64,000 nucleotides of DNA, from the NCBI GenBank assembly GCA_037443185.1, contig JBBIOV010000002.1:32242-96241 (forward strand). Direction: 5' to 3'. The notes beneath the pieces were generated by a model. The model had not been told where the DNA came from, ran no database searches, and saw only the letters and a program-made list of their open reading frames with translations. The translations under genes and the position numbers were made by a program. Source of the DNA: a bacterium (GTDB taxonomy: Bacteria; Patescibacteriota; Minisyncoccia; 2-01-FULL-47-10; JBBIMT01). Each line of letters begins with the position of its first letter. Within the stretch, counting starts at the first letter, position 1. Positions 19,704-28,749 of the stretch are shown here, piece by piece.

Positions 19704-20873
19704 TCATTGAGCATTAATATTTTTAAGGTGATTGTCAATGATTTTTTGGAATTCTTCATAGGGCAAAGCTCCGGATAATCCTTGGTTATTTATCAAAAAA
19801 CTAGGAGTCCCGCTTACTTTGAAATTTTCTTGCCCTTCTCGCAAATCTTCCAAAATTAAATTCTTAATCTTTTCATCGTTTAAACATTTTTTAAATTGAT
19901 TTTTATTTAAAGAGATTTTTGAAGCAAGATTGACTAAGTAATCCTGAATTTTATCTTTTGATAAATTAGACCACTCAGGTTGGGTAGAAAAAAGTAAATC
20001 ATGCATTTGTACAAATTTTCCTTGGATATGAGCGCATCTAGCTGCCTGAGCCGTAATATTAGCGTTTTCATGAAAATTTAAAGGGAAATCTTTAAATACA
20101 ATTTTTACTTTTTGAGTATCTATATAGTTAAGCTTAATTTGGGGTAAAGTTTGCTCAGCAAATCTTTTGCAAAATGGGCATTGATAATCAATAAATTCGA
20201 TAATCGTTAAAGGGGCATCTTTGGATCCAAGCGAAGGATGATCTTGAGTAATATTTGGCTTTTGAAAAAATATATCAGGAGATACTCCTATTATTGATAT
20301 ATCTAAAGTATAATATTGACCCTTTTTATTTAATAATGGTTCAAGTTGATTAAAATTTTTAAAACCTCTAATGCTATCATCAAAAAAAACCATTGGCAAA
20401 CTAGACACTGTAAAATCAGTACTTAATTTTTTACCAAGACTATCATTTAAATCAATAATTTTTGTCTGGACTGTTGGCGAAAGTGCTGAACGCAAGACTT
20501 GCTCAATTTGAGAAGGGTTACAGGTAGCACATTTTTTATCAGTTAATATATAAGCATTAAACACTGGTTGATCAATTTTTATCCAAGAAGTGCCTGAAAA
20601 AGATATGAGATTGCTATTTTTTAAAGCGCTCACCGGTACCGCAAAAGGCGGGATAAAGTTGACCAATAAAGACCCTACAAAAAGTCCAATGAACAAATAA
20701 GCAATAATTTTCCACTTGTTTAATTTTTTATCAGAATAAAAATTTTCTTTGATACTTGAAGAGTTATCTTTTAAAGAAAAATTTAAAACATCAGAACTGA
20801 AATTTCCAGGAATATCTTTGTTATTTAAATTGTCAGCTTTGGATAAGTCTTGAATATTCATTTTAATTGCCAC
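19704..20873 (-). CDS. Membrane-anchored DsbA-like thiol:disulfide oxidoreductase
   Basis: N-terminal TM helix. Thioredoxin-fold C-terminal domain with YQCPFCKRF (CxxC). A second Cys pair (CATC) in the preceding domain. Confidence 0.7.
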   Translation of the reverse strand: MAIKMNIQDLSKADNLNNKDIPGNFSSDVLNFSLKDNSSSIKENFYSDKKLNKWKIIAYLFIGLFVGSLLVNFIPPFAVPVSALKNSNLISFSGTSWIKIDQPVFNAYILTDKKCATCNPSQIEQVLRSALSPTVQTKIIDLNDSLGKKLSTDFTVSSLPMVFFDDSIRGFKNFNQLEPLLNKKGQYYTLDISIIGVSPDIFFQKPNITQDHPSLGSKDAPLTIIEFIDYQCPFCKRFAEQTLPQIKLNYIDTQKVKIVFKDFPLNFHENANITAQAARCAHIQGKFVQMHDLLFSTQPEWSNLSKDKIQDYLVNLASKISLNKNQFKKCLNDEKIKNLILEDLREGQENFKVSGTPSFLINNQGLSGALPYEEFQKIIDNHLKNINAQ

Positions 20874-21066
20874 AAGCTCCGCCTACTAAACTAGAATTAC
20901 CGTTTCCTTGGTAGGCGCTGCTTGAATAATTTAAATTTTTTATCTTAAAAGTCTTAACCATGCCAATATTTAAAAGCGAAAACGGCGCGGCTAATTTAAT
21001 TATCACCCCAATAATAATTCCCATTGCTAAAAATAAAATAAAATTTTTATTGTTTAATTTCATCAA
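20863..21066 (-). CDS. Possible small membrane peptide (67 aa) ending in a Gly/Ser/Cys-rich tail
   Basis: ORF only. One TM-like segment. 3' end overlaps a GC-rich hairpin (cgcctac...gtaggcg), so the signal could be RNA structure instead. Overlaps both neighbours. Confidence 0.25.
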   Translation of the reverse strand: MMKLNNKNFILFLAMGIIIGVIIKLAAPFSLLNIGMVKTFKIKNLNYSSSAYQGNGNSSLVGGACGN

Positions 21067-21289
21067 ATTTGCCTAATTTTTTAAGTTTTTCTATTTCTGA
21101 CCTAATTTTTAAACGATTTAACGCCGCTCTTCTTTTAAGACGTCTGCTTTTTTCTTTTACTCTGAATTTTGATTGTCGAACTTCATCGACCAACCCACTT
21201 TTTTTAACATACTCGGAAAATCTTCTAATTAAGGCGGCGACATTTTCGTTAGCTTTTCTTTTGGCATCGACCATAAAATTTTCACACAC
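21047..21289 (-). CDS. rpsU: 30S ribosomal protein S21
   Basis: LIRRFSEYVKKSGLVDEVRQSKFRVKEKSRRLKRRAA is the characteristic bS21 basic sequence. True start may be the Met at 21274. Confidence 0.8.
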   Translation of the reverse strand: MCENFMVDAKRKANENVAALIRRFSEYVKKSGLVDEVRQSKFRVKEKSRRLKRRAALNRLKIRSEIEKLKKLGKFDEIKQ

Positions 21290-21381
21290 TCCTTTCTTTG
21301 TTCAATTATAACACTTTAATAATAAAATTAAATACTTTTTGCTAAATTATAAATCAAAAGACTTAAAAGTGAATAAAAATT

Positions 21382-22755
21382 TCAAAGGGAATTTTTGGCT
21401 TTTTTTAATTTATTTTTTATATAATCTATTATTTTTTTTTCTGAAATAATCTCCTGATAGCCAAATGTCATATCGCGCACAATAACTGTACCCTCTAGTA
21501 CTTCCTTTTGACCTAAAATAATAGTATATGACACTTTTAACTTGTCAGCTAATTTTAATTGGCTTTTTAAACTATCTTTATCAATGGCAATAGCAGATGG
21601 AATTTTATTTCTTAAAAATTCTTGAAATAATTTAAAACTCTTCTTTTTAGCTAAAAAACCTAATTGTGCAAAAAATACTTTAGGTTTATAAAACTTGGAT
21701 GCCTGAAAATTACGATTTTTCAAAACATCAATTAATCGTTCAATCCCCACGGCACAACCAACAGATGGTATTCTTTTATTACCAATGATATTACCTAATT
21801 CATCATATCTACCGCCTCCACAAATAGAAAGTTTAGGCAAATTTTCAAAATTTTTAGTATTTTCGGCTATTTTTACTTCAAACACTGTTTTAGTATAATA
21901 ATCTAAACCTCTGACTAAAGTCGGATTTAAATTATAAGGGATTTGGCAATCATCTAAAAATTCCAAAAAATTTTTAAAATGTTTAAAACAGGCCTTACAT
22001 AGATAATCAATTATCTTAGGCGCAAGCGAAGCCACCCGAGCGCATTTTTCTTCTTTACAATCGAAAACTCTCATTGGATTTTTGGAGATTCTTTTTTTGC
22101 AATTTTGGCAAAGTTGGCTTTTTTTGTTTTTTAAAAAACTTTTTAGGTTTTTTTCATAATCCGGGCGGCAATTTTTATCCCCGACACTTGACACTTCAAA
22201 AATAATATCTTTTAAACCAAGCCGTTTATAAAAAATATTATAGACTAATTGCAAAATTTCAAAATCAGAAGCTGGAGAAGCCGAATTTAAAATTTCAAGG
22301 TTAAACTGATGAAAACTTCGATACCGTCCAGCCTGCGATTTTTCATGTCTGAACATTGAACCCATTAAAAAAAGTTTTACCGGTTGAGGCAAATTCACAA
22401 AACCATGTTCAAAATACGCCCTCATAATTCCCGCGGTCGCCTCAGGTCTTAAAGTCAACTTATCTCCTCCTTTAGTTGTTAAACTATACATTTCTTTTTC
22501 AACTATATCAGTGCCTTGTCCCACTCCTTTTTCAAATAAAGCAGTCTGCTCTAAAATAGTAGTTTCTATTGGTAAAAATCCAAAAGAATAAGCCTCTTCA
22601 AACATTATGGATCTTAATTTTTCAAAAATTAAAAAATCATCCGGCAAAATATCATGCATTCCTGAAGGAGATTGAAAAATAATTTTAGATTGTTTTTTCT
22701 CTTGTTGAGATTTTTTTTCTGAAACTGAATCTATGTCTAAATCTTGATCTTCCAT
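21382..22755 (-). CDS. hisS: Histidyl-tRNA synthetase with a Cys4 zinc-ribbon insertion
   Basis: LRPEATAGIMRAY (motif 1 region), FRHEKSQAGRYRSFHQFNLE (motif 2), GGGRYDEL (motif 3). Inserted C..C...C..C segment. Confidence 0.85.
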   Translation of the reverse strand: MEDQDLDIDSVSEKKSQQEKKQSKIIFQSPSGMHDILPDDFLIFEKLRSIMFEEAYSFGFLPIETTILEQTALFEKGVGQGTDIVEKEMYSLTTKGGDKLTLRPEATAGIMRAYFEHGFVNLPQPVKLFLMGSMFRHEKSQAGRYRSFHQFNLEILNSASPASDFEILQLVYNIFYKRLGLKDIIFEVSSVGDKNCRPDYEKNLKSFLKNKKSQLCQNCKKRISKNPMRVFDCKEEKCARVASLAPKIIDYLCKACFKHFKNFLEFLDDCQIPYNLNPTLVRGLDYYTKTVFEVKIAENTKNFENLPKLSICGGGRYDELGNIIGNKRIPSVGCAVGIERLIDVLKNRNFQASKFYKPKVFFAQLGFLAKKKSFKLFQEFLRNKIPSAIAIDKDSLKSQLKLADKLKVSYTIILGQKEVLEGTVIVRDMTFGYQEIISEKKIIDYIKNKLKKAKNSL

Positions 22756-22763
22756 ATTTTTTG

Positions 22764-23363
22764 CTATTTATAATCAGGAGCTTGAAAAGCCTGTACTTTA
22801 TTAATAGGCCAAATTCTTAACCATACCCTTCCGATAATATCTTCTCGTTTAATCGGGCCCCAGTCTTTTGAATCAAAGGAAAGAATACGATTATCCCCTC
22901 TAACATAAAATTCATTTTCAGCTAAAGTAATTTCGGGAAAACTCACCGGGGCAGGATTGGGAAGATAACTTGACTCATCTAAAGTTAGCGTTTCTCCATT
23001 TGGTTTTACAATGACTATTTTTCCATTATCAAACTTAATTGTTTCTCCTGGCAATCCGATAATTCTTTTAATATAAGAATCTTTTTTATTTAAAGGATAT
23101 TTAAAAACTATCACCTCTCCTCTTTGCGGTTCCCGAAAACGATATGATAACTCATCTACTAAAATATATTCATAATTGTTAAAGTTAGGCTTCATCGATT
23201 CTCCACTGACGAAAAACGGTTGAACAATATATGTCCGAATAGGCAGCACAATCGCTAAAGAAATGACAAGAACTCTAATAATTTCAAAAACAAAATTTAC
23301 AGGCTGTGAAATGGGCGATTTTTTTTCATTTTGTTCATTTTTGTCTTTAAAATTTTCTTGCAT
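22764..23363 (-). CDS. lepB: Signal peptidase I
   Basis: GESMKPNF (catalytic Ser box), IKRIIGLPGETI, YVRGDNRILSFDSKDWG, i.e. S26 family boxes B to E. Confidence 0.9.
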   Translation of the reverse strand: MQENFKDKNEQNEKKSPISQPVNFVFEIIRVLVISLAIVLPIRTYIVQPFFVSGESMKPNFNNYEYILVDELSYRFREPQRGEVIVFKYPLNKKDSYIKRIIGLPGETIKFDNGKIVIVKPNGETLTLDESSYLPNPAPVSFPEITLAENEFYVRGDNRILSFDSKDWGPIKREDIIGRVWLRIWPINKVQAFQAPDYK

Positions 23364-23433
23364 ACCGCAATTTTAGTATAAAAGTACGATAAAGTCAACG
23401 CGTCATTTTCTAACTTTTTTAGGTAGAGTATAA

Positions 23434-24447
23434 TTAATTTTCAATTCCTTTTTCCATTTTGTTAATCACTAAAAAAATAACACCTGCCCAAAAGACAAAA
23501 AAAATAAATTTCAAATAATTTTGTAGAAAAAGTGCCCCTATTGTAAAGAAAGCGGTAAAAAAAATGTAAAAATTGAAAATATTTCGAGGGGTAAAACCCT
23601 TTTTAAATAAAATGTGGTGTAAATGAGAAGTATCTGCTTTAAAGATGCTTTTTTTTCTTTTAAATCTTCGTACAATAACCATCAAGGCATCAACTGCCGG
23701 TAAAATAGATACTATTAAAAGAGTTAAAATTTTTGAACCGGCTATAATCGAAAGAGCGCCTAACAAAAAGCCGATTAAATTACTCCCAGCTGTGCCTAAA
23801 AAAATTTTAGCAGGTGGCTGATTAAAAAACAAAAAACCAAAAAGCACTCCAGCCATTATAAGAGCGAAAATAGCCGGGGGTATTTGTTTAATTGGAAGTG
23901 AAAGGCTAATAATAAATATTGATAAAAAAGCCAAAAAACCCACTCCTGACGCCACCCCATCAATTCCATCTAAAAAATTAAAAATATTGACAAAAAAAAT
24001 TATTAAAATAAAAGGTATCAAAATTCCCCAAAAATCAATAAACACAATCTGCCCTAAAAATGGCGCGTTTATAAAGGAAATTTTAATATTGCCAAAAATG
24101 ATAAAAGTTGAAGTAGCAGCCCCTTGAAATAAAAATTGCCATAGTGGCTTTAAATCAAAAATATCATCTAAAACGCCGCCAATTACTAAAATCAAAGCAC
24201 CGATAAAAAGCGCCAACCACTCTTTTTTTATTGGAAAGTCAGGGTAAAAAAATAATAATAACAAAATTGAAAAAAAGATAATGATCCCACCAATACGGTA
24301 AATGTCGCCTTTATGAATATCCTGAACCCTAGCACTTTTAGTGAATAATTTCAAAAAATCAGCGCTTTTCATATGTTTAATTAAAAAGGCAATTAAAAAA
24401 CTTAAAAAAGCACTGCCCCAAAAAAGTAAAATAAAATCAAAAACCAT
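23434..24447 (-). CDS. MraY/WecA-family (GT4) polyprenyl-phosphate N-acetylhexosamine-1-phosphate transferase
   Basis: LDDIFDL (DDxxD), NIFNFLDGIDGVASG (NxxNxxDGxDGLA), HLHHIL near the C-terminus. In the dcw position where mraY normally sits. The FMGDxGS box reads FLGTAGS, with Asp replaced. Confidence 0.65.
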   Translation of the reverse strand: MVFDFILLFWGSAFLSFLIAFLIKHMKSADFLKLFTKSARVQDIHKGDIYRIGGIIIFFSILLLLFFYPDFPIKKEWLALFIGALILVIGGVLDDIFDLKPLWQFLFQGAATSTFIIFGNIKISFINAPFLGQIVFIDFWGILIPFILIIFFVNIFNFLDGIDGVASGVGFLAFLSIFIISLSLPIKQIPPAIFALIMAGVLFGFLFFNQPPAKIFLGTAGSNLIGFLLGALSIIAGSKILTLLIVSILPAVDALMVIVRRFKRKKSIFKADTSHLHHILFKKGFTPRNIFNFYIFFTAFFTIGALFLQNYLKFIFFVFWAGVIFLVINKMEKGIEN

Positions 24448-24589
24448 ACCAGGCTTAATTTAGCATAAATCTTTTATATAGCAAGCCAAAATCTATATCA
24501 GGACATTATAAATAAAAAGAGACAGTTTGTAATTTCAAATTCATAAAAAATATTATAAATTATATTAAATACTAAAAACTATGATAAAC

Positions 24590-26326
24590 TTATTGAGTAT
24601 TTGGCGGAATTTGATAATAATCGAATAGAAACTTCATAAGTTGGCCACCAGAAGGTACCACAGATGTTTCCGCAAAACGAACCCCTTGAGGTCTATCTAA
24701 TTTAATCAATATTAAAAATTTTGGATTAGGAACTGGGCCAAAGAAAACCGCTGATTGAATAGTTTCATCAGTATAGCCTTTTTTATCAGGTGCTGGTATT
24801 TGCGCTGTTCCAGTTTTAGTAGCGATATAATACCCCTTAATTTTAGCTTGTCGACCTGACCCCTGTTCAGTTACTTGAGTTAGCATTTGGCTTAATTTAT
24901 TAGCTGTTTCTTCAGAGATAACTCTTTTTTTATCTTTTAAAATTTTTAATTCTTTGCCGTCTGAAGTTTTAATTTTTTTTACAAAACTGGGTTTGATCAA
25001 AAATCCACCGTTGGCAATAGCTGAAATGGCTTGAATAATTTGAATTGGAGTAACCGTTATACCTTGCCCAAAGGAAGCAGTTGCGAAATTCACCTCAATA
25101 TCACTCTCTAAGTTTTTAATATTACCCTTAATTTCTCCGGCAATATCAATGCCTGTTTTTTCCCCAAAACCCATTTTTTTAACAAAATTTCTAAAATCAG
25201 CGTTTCCTATTAACTTTTGCATATACACTGCTCCTGTATTTAATGATTTTTCAAGTACTTGAGTCATTGTTTGAGTCCCGTAAGCTTTTAAAGTAGAGTT
25301 TCTAATCGTATATTTTCCTATTTTAAACTCGCCAGTATCATTATAAGTAGAGTCAGGTTCAATAACTTTTTTTTCAAGTGCCGCCGCAGCGATAATTGGC
25401 TTAAAAATAGAGCCGGGCTCAAAACTTTCTTGGGCTAAACCATTCAAAAAAATTCTCTGATCAGAAACTAAATTATAACTATTGGGATTATATGAGGGAT
25501 ATTCTTCAGAGGCTACAATTTGCCCACTTTGGGGATCCGAAACGACTACTAAAGCTTTTTGTGCGTTCCATTTCTTTACAAGAGACTGAGCAATTTCCTG
25601 GGCCTTTAAAGAGATATTAATATCTATACTTGTGATAAGCGTATTACCATCAATGCCTTGAAAAGATTGAAAAGAACTTATCGGAACAACCCTGCCTAAA
25701 GCATCTTTTTGACCTATCAACAAGTCTTCTTTACCTTTTAACTTTTGTTCATAAAATTGTTCAAGACCGTATTTACCAGATCTTTTATCAATATCAAATC
25801 CGTAAAAACCAAGATTTTTTGCCGCCACCTCATTCATTGGATAGCTTCTTTGAAAATCGCTTTCAATAAAGAGGTATTTACTTTTTAGTGCGTTGATATC
25901 ATCTTTTTCTCTTTCAGAAATATTATTTTTAAGTTTTATATAAAAATCGTTTTTGATTTCAACTTTCTTTTTTACTTCTTCTTCATCTAAATTTAAAATA
26001 GCAACAATTTTTTTAATAAGCTCATCCTTTTCTTCTTCTTTTAAGTTATAAGTGCTTAAAATAGCATTATAAACTTTTTTATTTATAGCCAAAGGAGCAA
26101 AACCTAAAATCCCCTGCCCGGTACCAAAAATTTCTCCTCTTAAAGGAGTAATTATCTCTTTTAACTGACTACGTGCTGCAGCTTCCTTTTCGTAATATTC
26201 TGTTTTGATAACCTGAAGATAAAAAAGTCGTCCAACTAAAACCGGAATCACAATAATAAAAAAAATGAAAACGATTTTGAGACGTTTATCATAAATTAAT
26301 TTTTTTTCAATCTCTTCTTTTGTCAT
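24590..26326 (-). CDS. ftsI: Penicillin-binding protein 2/3-type transpeptidase
   Basis: SIFKP (SxxK), SLNTG (SxN), KTGTA (KTG), N-terminal TM anchor. Confidence 0.9.
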   Translation of the reverse strand: MTKEEIEKKLIYDKRLKIVFIFFIIVIPVLVGRLFYLQVIKTEYYEKEAAARSQLKEIITPLRGEIFGTGQGILGFAPLAINKKVYNAILSTYNLKEEEKDELIKKIVAILNLDEEEVKKKVEIKNDFYIKLKNNISEREKDDINALKSKYLFIESDFQRSYPMNEVAAKNLGFYGFDIDKRSGKYGLEQFYEQKLKGKEDLLIGQKDALGRVVPISSFQSFQGIDGNTLITSIDINISLKAQEIAQSLVKKWNAQKALVVVSDPQSGQIVASEEYPSYNPNSYNLVSDQRIFLNGLAQESFEPGSIFKPIIAAAALEKKVIEPDSTYNDTGEFKIGKYTIRNSTLKAYGTQTMTQVLEKSLNTGAVYMQKLIGNADFRNFVKKMGFGEKTGIDIAGEIKGNIKNLESDIEVNFATASFGQGITVTPIQIIQAISAIANGGFLIKPSFVKKIKTSDGKELKILKDKKRVISEETANKLSQMLTQVTEQGSGRQAKIKGYYIATKTGTAQIPAPDKKGYTDETIQSAVFFGPVPNPKFLILIKLDRPQGVRFAETSVVPSGGQLMKFLFDYYQIPPNTQ

Positions 26327-26355
26327 TTACTTGAATTTTTTTAAAAAAGCGCAAA

Positions 26356-26715
26356 TTAAAAATCGAAAGAAGAGTCATTTGGCAATAAACTTAATGGCCC
26401 CTTTGGAGATTCTTTTAAGTATGAGATATTTTCGCTTGGCACTAGATTTAACTCTTTTGCTAAATCATCAATATTCATCTTTGCAAGTTCGATTGTTATT
26501 TGTTGAATAAGGTTTTTATTTTCTAACGTTTTTGTTTTTAATAACTCTTGGTATTTACTAATTTCAAATCCTGCTGAAAGCGCCATATTAAAATTAATAA
26601 TATAAGCAAAAGCAAAAAATATCAAAAGACCAATAAAAATCCAAAAACTATCTTTTAATGGCTTCAAAATTATTGCTGATTGAGATTGTCTTTTTTTTCC
26701 AACTTTGATAGTCAT
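26356..26715 (-). CDS. ftsL: FtsL-like cell division protein (single TM + coiled coil)
   Basis: 119 aa, one TM helix followed by a heptad-like region. Positioned between rsmH and ftsI as ftsL is in dcw clusters. Confidence 0.55.
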   Translation of the reverse strand: MTIKVGKKRQSQSAIILKPLKDSFWIFIGLLIFFAFAYIINFNMALSAGFEISKYQELLKTKTLENKNLIQQITIELAKMNIDDLAKELNLVPSENISYLKESPKGPLSLLPNDSSFDF

Positions 26716-26764
26716 CGTTGATAATAAAAATAATCAAAAATTTTTTCGCTAGGTTTCACATTTG

Positions 26765-27661
26765 CTAAAAAATTTTCATTATTGCTCTAAGATTTGCTGA
26801 ACGACTAGCCGGGTTTGAAGAAATTTCTTGAAGAGTTGGTTTGACTGCTTTTTTGGTTAATATTTTTCCTTCATTTAATTTTTGTTTTTCTTTGAAAAAA
26901 TTTTTCACTAATCGACTTTCAAGTGAATGAAAGGTAATTGCTACTAAGATTCCACTACTGGATAAAATATCAAAACCATCAGACAATCCTTTCTTAATAT
27001 TATCTAACTCATTATTTACTGCTATTCTTAAAGCTTGATAAATTTTTGTCGCTGGATGAATTTTATAAAAACCTCTTGAATAAACTTTAAAAATGATTTC
27101 ATTTAATTGACTAGTTTTTTTAATTACATTTTTTTTTCGAGACTTAATTATTAAATGAGCGATTTGTCGTGCCCTTTTTTCTTCTCCATATCGTAAAAAA
27201 ATTTCTGACAATTTTTTAAAAGAGTAATTATTTAAAATTTTTTCAGCAGTAAGATTATTCTCTAAATCATACCTCATATCTAAGGGTTCATCTTTTAAAA
27301 AACTAAATCCTCTCCCTGAAGTTTTGATTTGATCCATTGAAAAGCCAAAATCAAACAAAATTCCCTGCCAACTTATTTTTTTTAAACTATGATTAGTATT
27401 GATTATGTTTTTAATCTCTGCGAAGTTTCCGTGTTTAAATATAATCATTTTTTGGTAAGATGCTAAATTTTTTTCAGCTTTTTTGAGCATATTTCGATCC
27501 CAATCAACTGCCAATATTTTGCCCGAAGGCGAAATTTTTTTTGCAATTTCTTTTGTATGACCACCTGCGCCACAAGTAGCGTCAATGATATTTTTTCCTT
27601 CTTTTAAATCTAAAATTTTAATCACTTCTTTTAATAAAACAGGACTATGAAAAATTTCCAT
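26765..27661 (-). CDS. rsmH: 16S rRNA (cytosine1402-N4)-methyltransferase RsmH (MraW)
   Basis: HSPVLLKEVI...IDATCGAGGHT SAM-binding motif. Follows mraZ. Confidence 0.9.
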   Translation of the reverse strand: MEIFHSPVLLKEVIKILDLKEGKNIIDATCGAGGHTKEIAKKISPSGKILAVDWDRNMLKKAEKNLASYQKMIIFKHGNFAEIKNIINTNHSLKKISWQGILFDFGFSMDQIKTSGRGFSFLKDEPLDMRYDLENNLTAEKILNNYSFKKLSEIFLRYGEEKRARQIAHLIIKSRKKNVIKKTSQLNEIIFKVYSRGFYKIHPATKIYQALRIAVNNELDNIKKGLSDGFDILSSSGILVAITFHSLESRLVKNFFKEKQKLNEGKILTKKAVKPTLQEISSNPASRSANLRAIMKIF

Positions 27662-27817
27662 AAAACATATTTTAAGCCTTGCAATTTCATGATTTTTATT
27701 AGTTTATGCCAAATAGCTTTTAATCAACAAAACTAATTTTTTTAAATTGCGATTTTTCCTGTTGCTTTTTAATACTAAATTGGTAAAAGTTTAATTTGTA
27801 ATAATAATTTCTTTACT

Positions 27818-28249
27818 TTAAATGCCCAAATTGCTAAGTCGTTCAGCAATTTGATCAGATTGACTCTCTGTATTTTTCTTATATTCATTCCAAAGATTTT
27901 CATCCCAAATTTCAACCCTGCTAAAGACCCCTGCAACCACTACTTTTTTAGAAATTTTGGCGTAATTTCTTAAATATTCCGGTATTAAAAGACGACCTTG
28001 TTTATCAAGTTGAATATCCATAGCTCCGCCAAGCATCAATCTTGCAAAAGCTCTAGCATCTGCCTGGCTAAGTGGCAAAGCAGCTATTTTTTGCGCTAAT
28101 TTTTCCCATTCAGGTTTAGTAAATAAAAAAAGAGAATTATCAAGACCTCGAGTCACCACTGCCCCTTCTAAAAAATCTTTACGAAATTTAGTCGGTAAGG
28201 CTAATCTTCCTTTATTATCTAAAGTATATTTAAATTCTCCAATAAACAC
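27818..28249 (-). CDS. mraZ: Transcriptional regulator MraZ
   Basis: MFIGEFKYTLDNKGRLALP and a second DxxxR-type repeat. 143 aa. Confidence 0.9.
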   Translation of the reverse strand: MFIGEFKYTLDNKGRLALPTKFRKDFLEGAVVTRGLDNSLFLFTKPEWEKLAQKIAALPLSQADARAFARLMLGGAMDIQLDKQGRLLIPEYLRNYAKISKKVVVAGVFSRVEIWDENLWNEYKKNTESQSDQIAERLSNLGI

Positions 28250-28364
28250 GATAAAAAAATTTTAATAATAAATAAAATTAATAAAAAAGAAGGTTTAACT
28301 TTAACAGCTCATATTTTTGGAGGCTTCAATTTTCAATGTTTTTTCCAAACTTGTTTACAACCGT

Positions 28365-28470
28365 CGCCCCCACGCCTAACTTTGCATTTATGTTTAATTT
28401 ATAAGTACTTCTCCTACCCAAAAAGTACTTATAATAGTTATAAATATACTCAAAAAAGCAGGCGTGGGGG
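28365..28470. promoter_or_regulatory. Nested long hairpin: outer 11-bp GC-rich inverted repeat (cccccacgcct / aggcgtggggg) enclosing an inner 10-bp stem (tataagtact/agtacttata)
   Basis: Read in sequence, 115-220 bp upstream of the mraZ start. GC-rich arms in an AT-rich spacer. GTGGGGG on both strands. Confidence 0.5.
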
Positions 28471-28492
28471 TAAATTCTAGCCCTTTCAAGAG

Positions 28493-28604
28493 TTATCCAC
28501 ACCTCAAATAAATTATCCCCACACTTATCCACAATCTACCACCTTATACCATTATATACCACAAACGATTTTTTTGCAAGAAACAAAAGGCTCACTTATC
28601 CACA
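28493..28604. promoter_or_regulatory. Cluster of DnaA-box-like 9-mers: perfect TTATCCACA at 28493-28501, 28525-28533 and 28596-28604, plus TTATCCCCA at 28513-28521, all in the same orientation
   Basis: Read in sequence, followed by a very AT-rich stretch. TTATCCACA is the canonical DnaA box. On the mraZ-coding strand the same sites read GTGGAT/GTGGGG, so an MraZ operator array is an alternative reading. Confidence 0.5.
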
Positions 28605-28688
28605 ATCAGATAAAAAGTCTGAGATTTTATTATATAAAGAATTAAATGACCTTTTAATAAAATCAAAAAACAGATTAATTTAGAACAT

Positions 28689-28724
28689 AAAAAACAAGCC
28701 TGAAAAAATTTTCAGGCTTGTTTT
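28689..28724. terminator. Bidirectional intrinsic terminator (acaagcctgaaaa / ttttcaggcttgt) flanked by A- and T-runs
   Basis: Immediately downstream of the stop of the 28750..30567 gene. Confidence 0.7.
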
Positions 28725-28749
28725 AAAACTTTTTAAATTAATTAGATCT

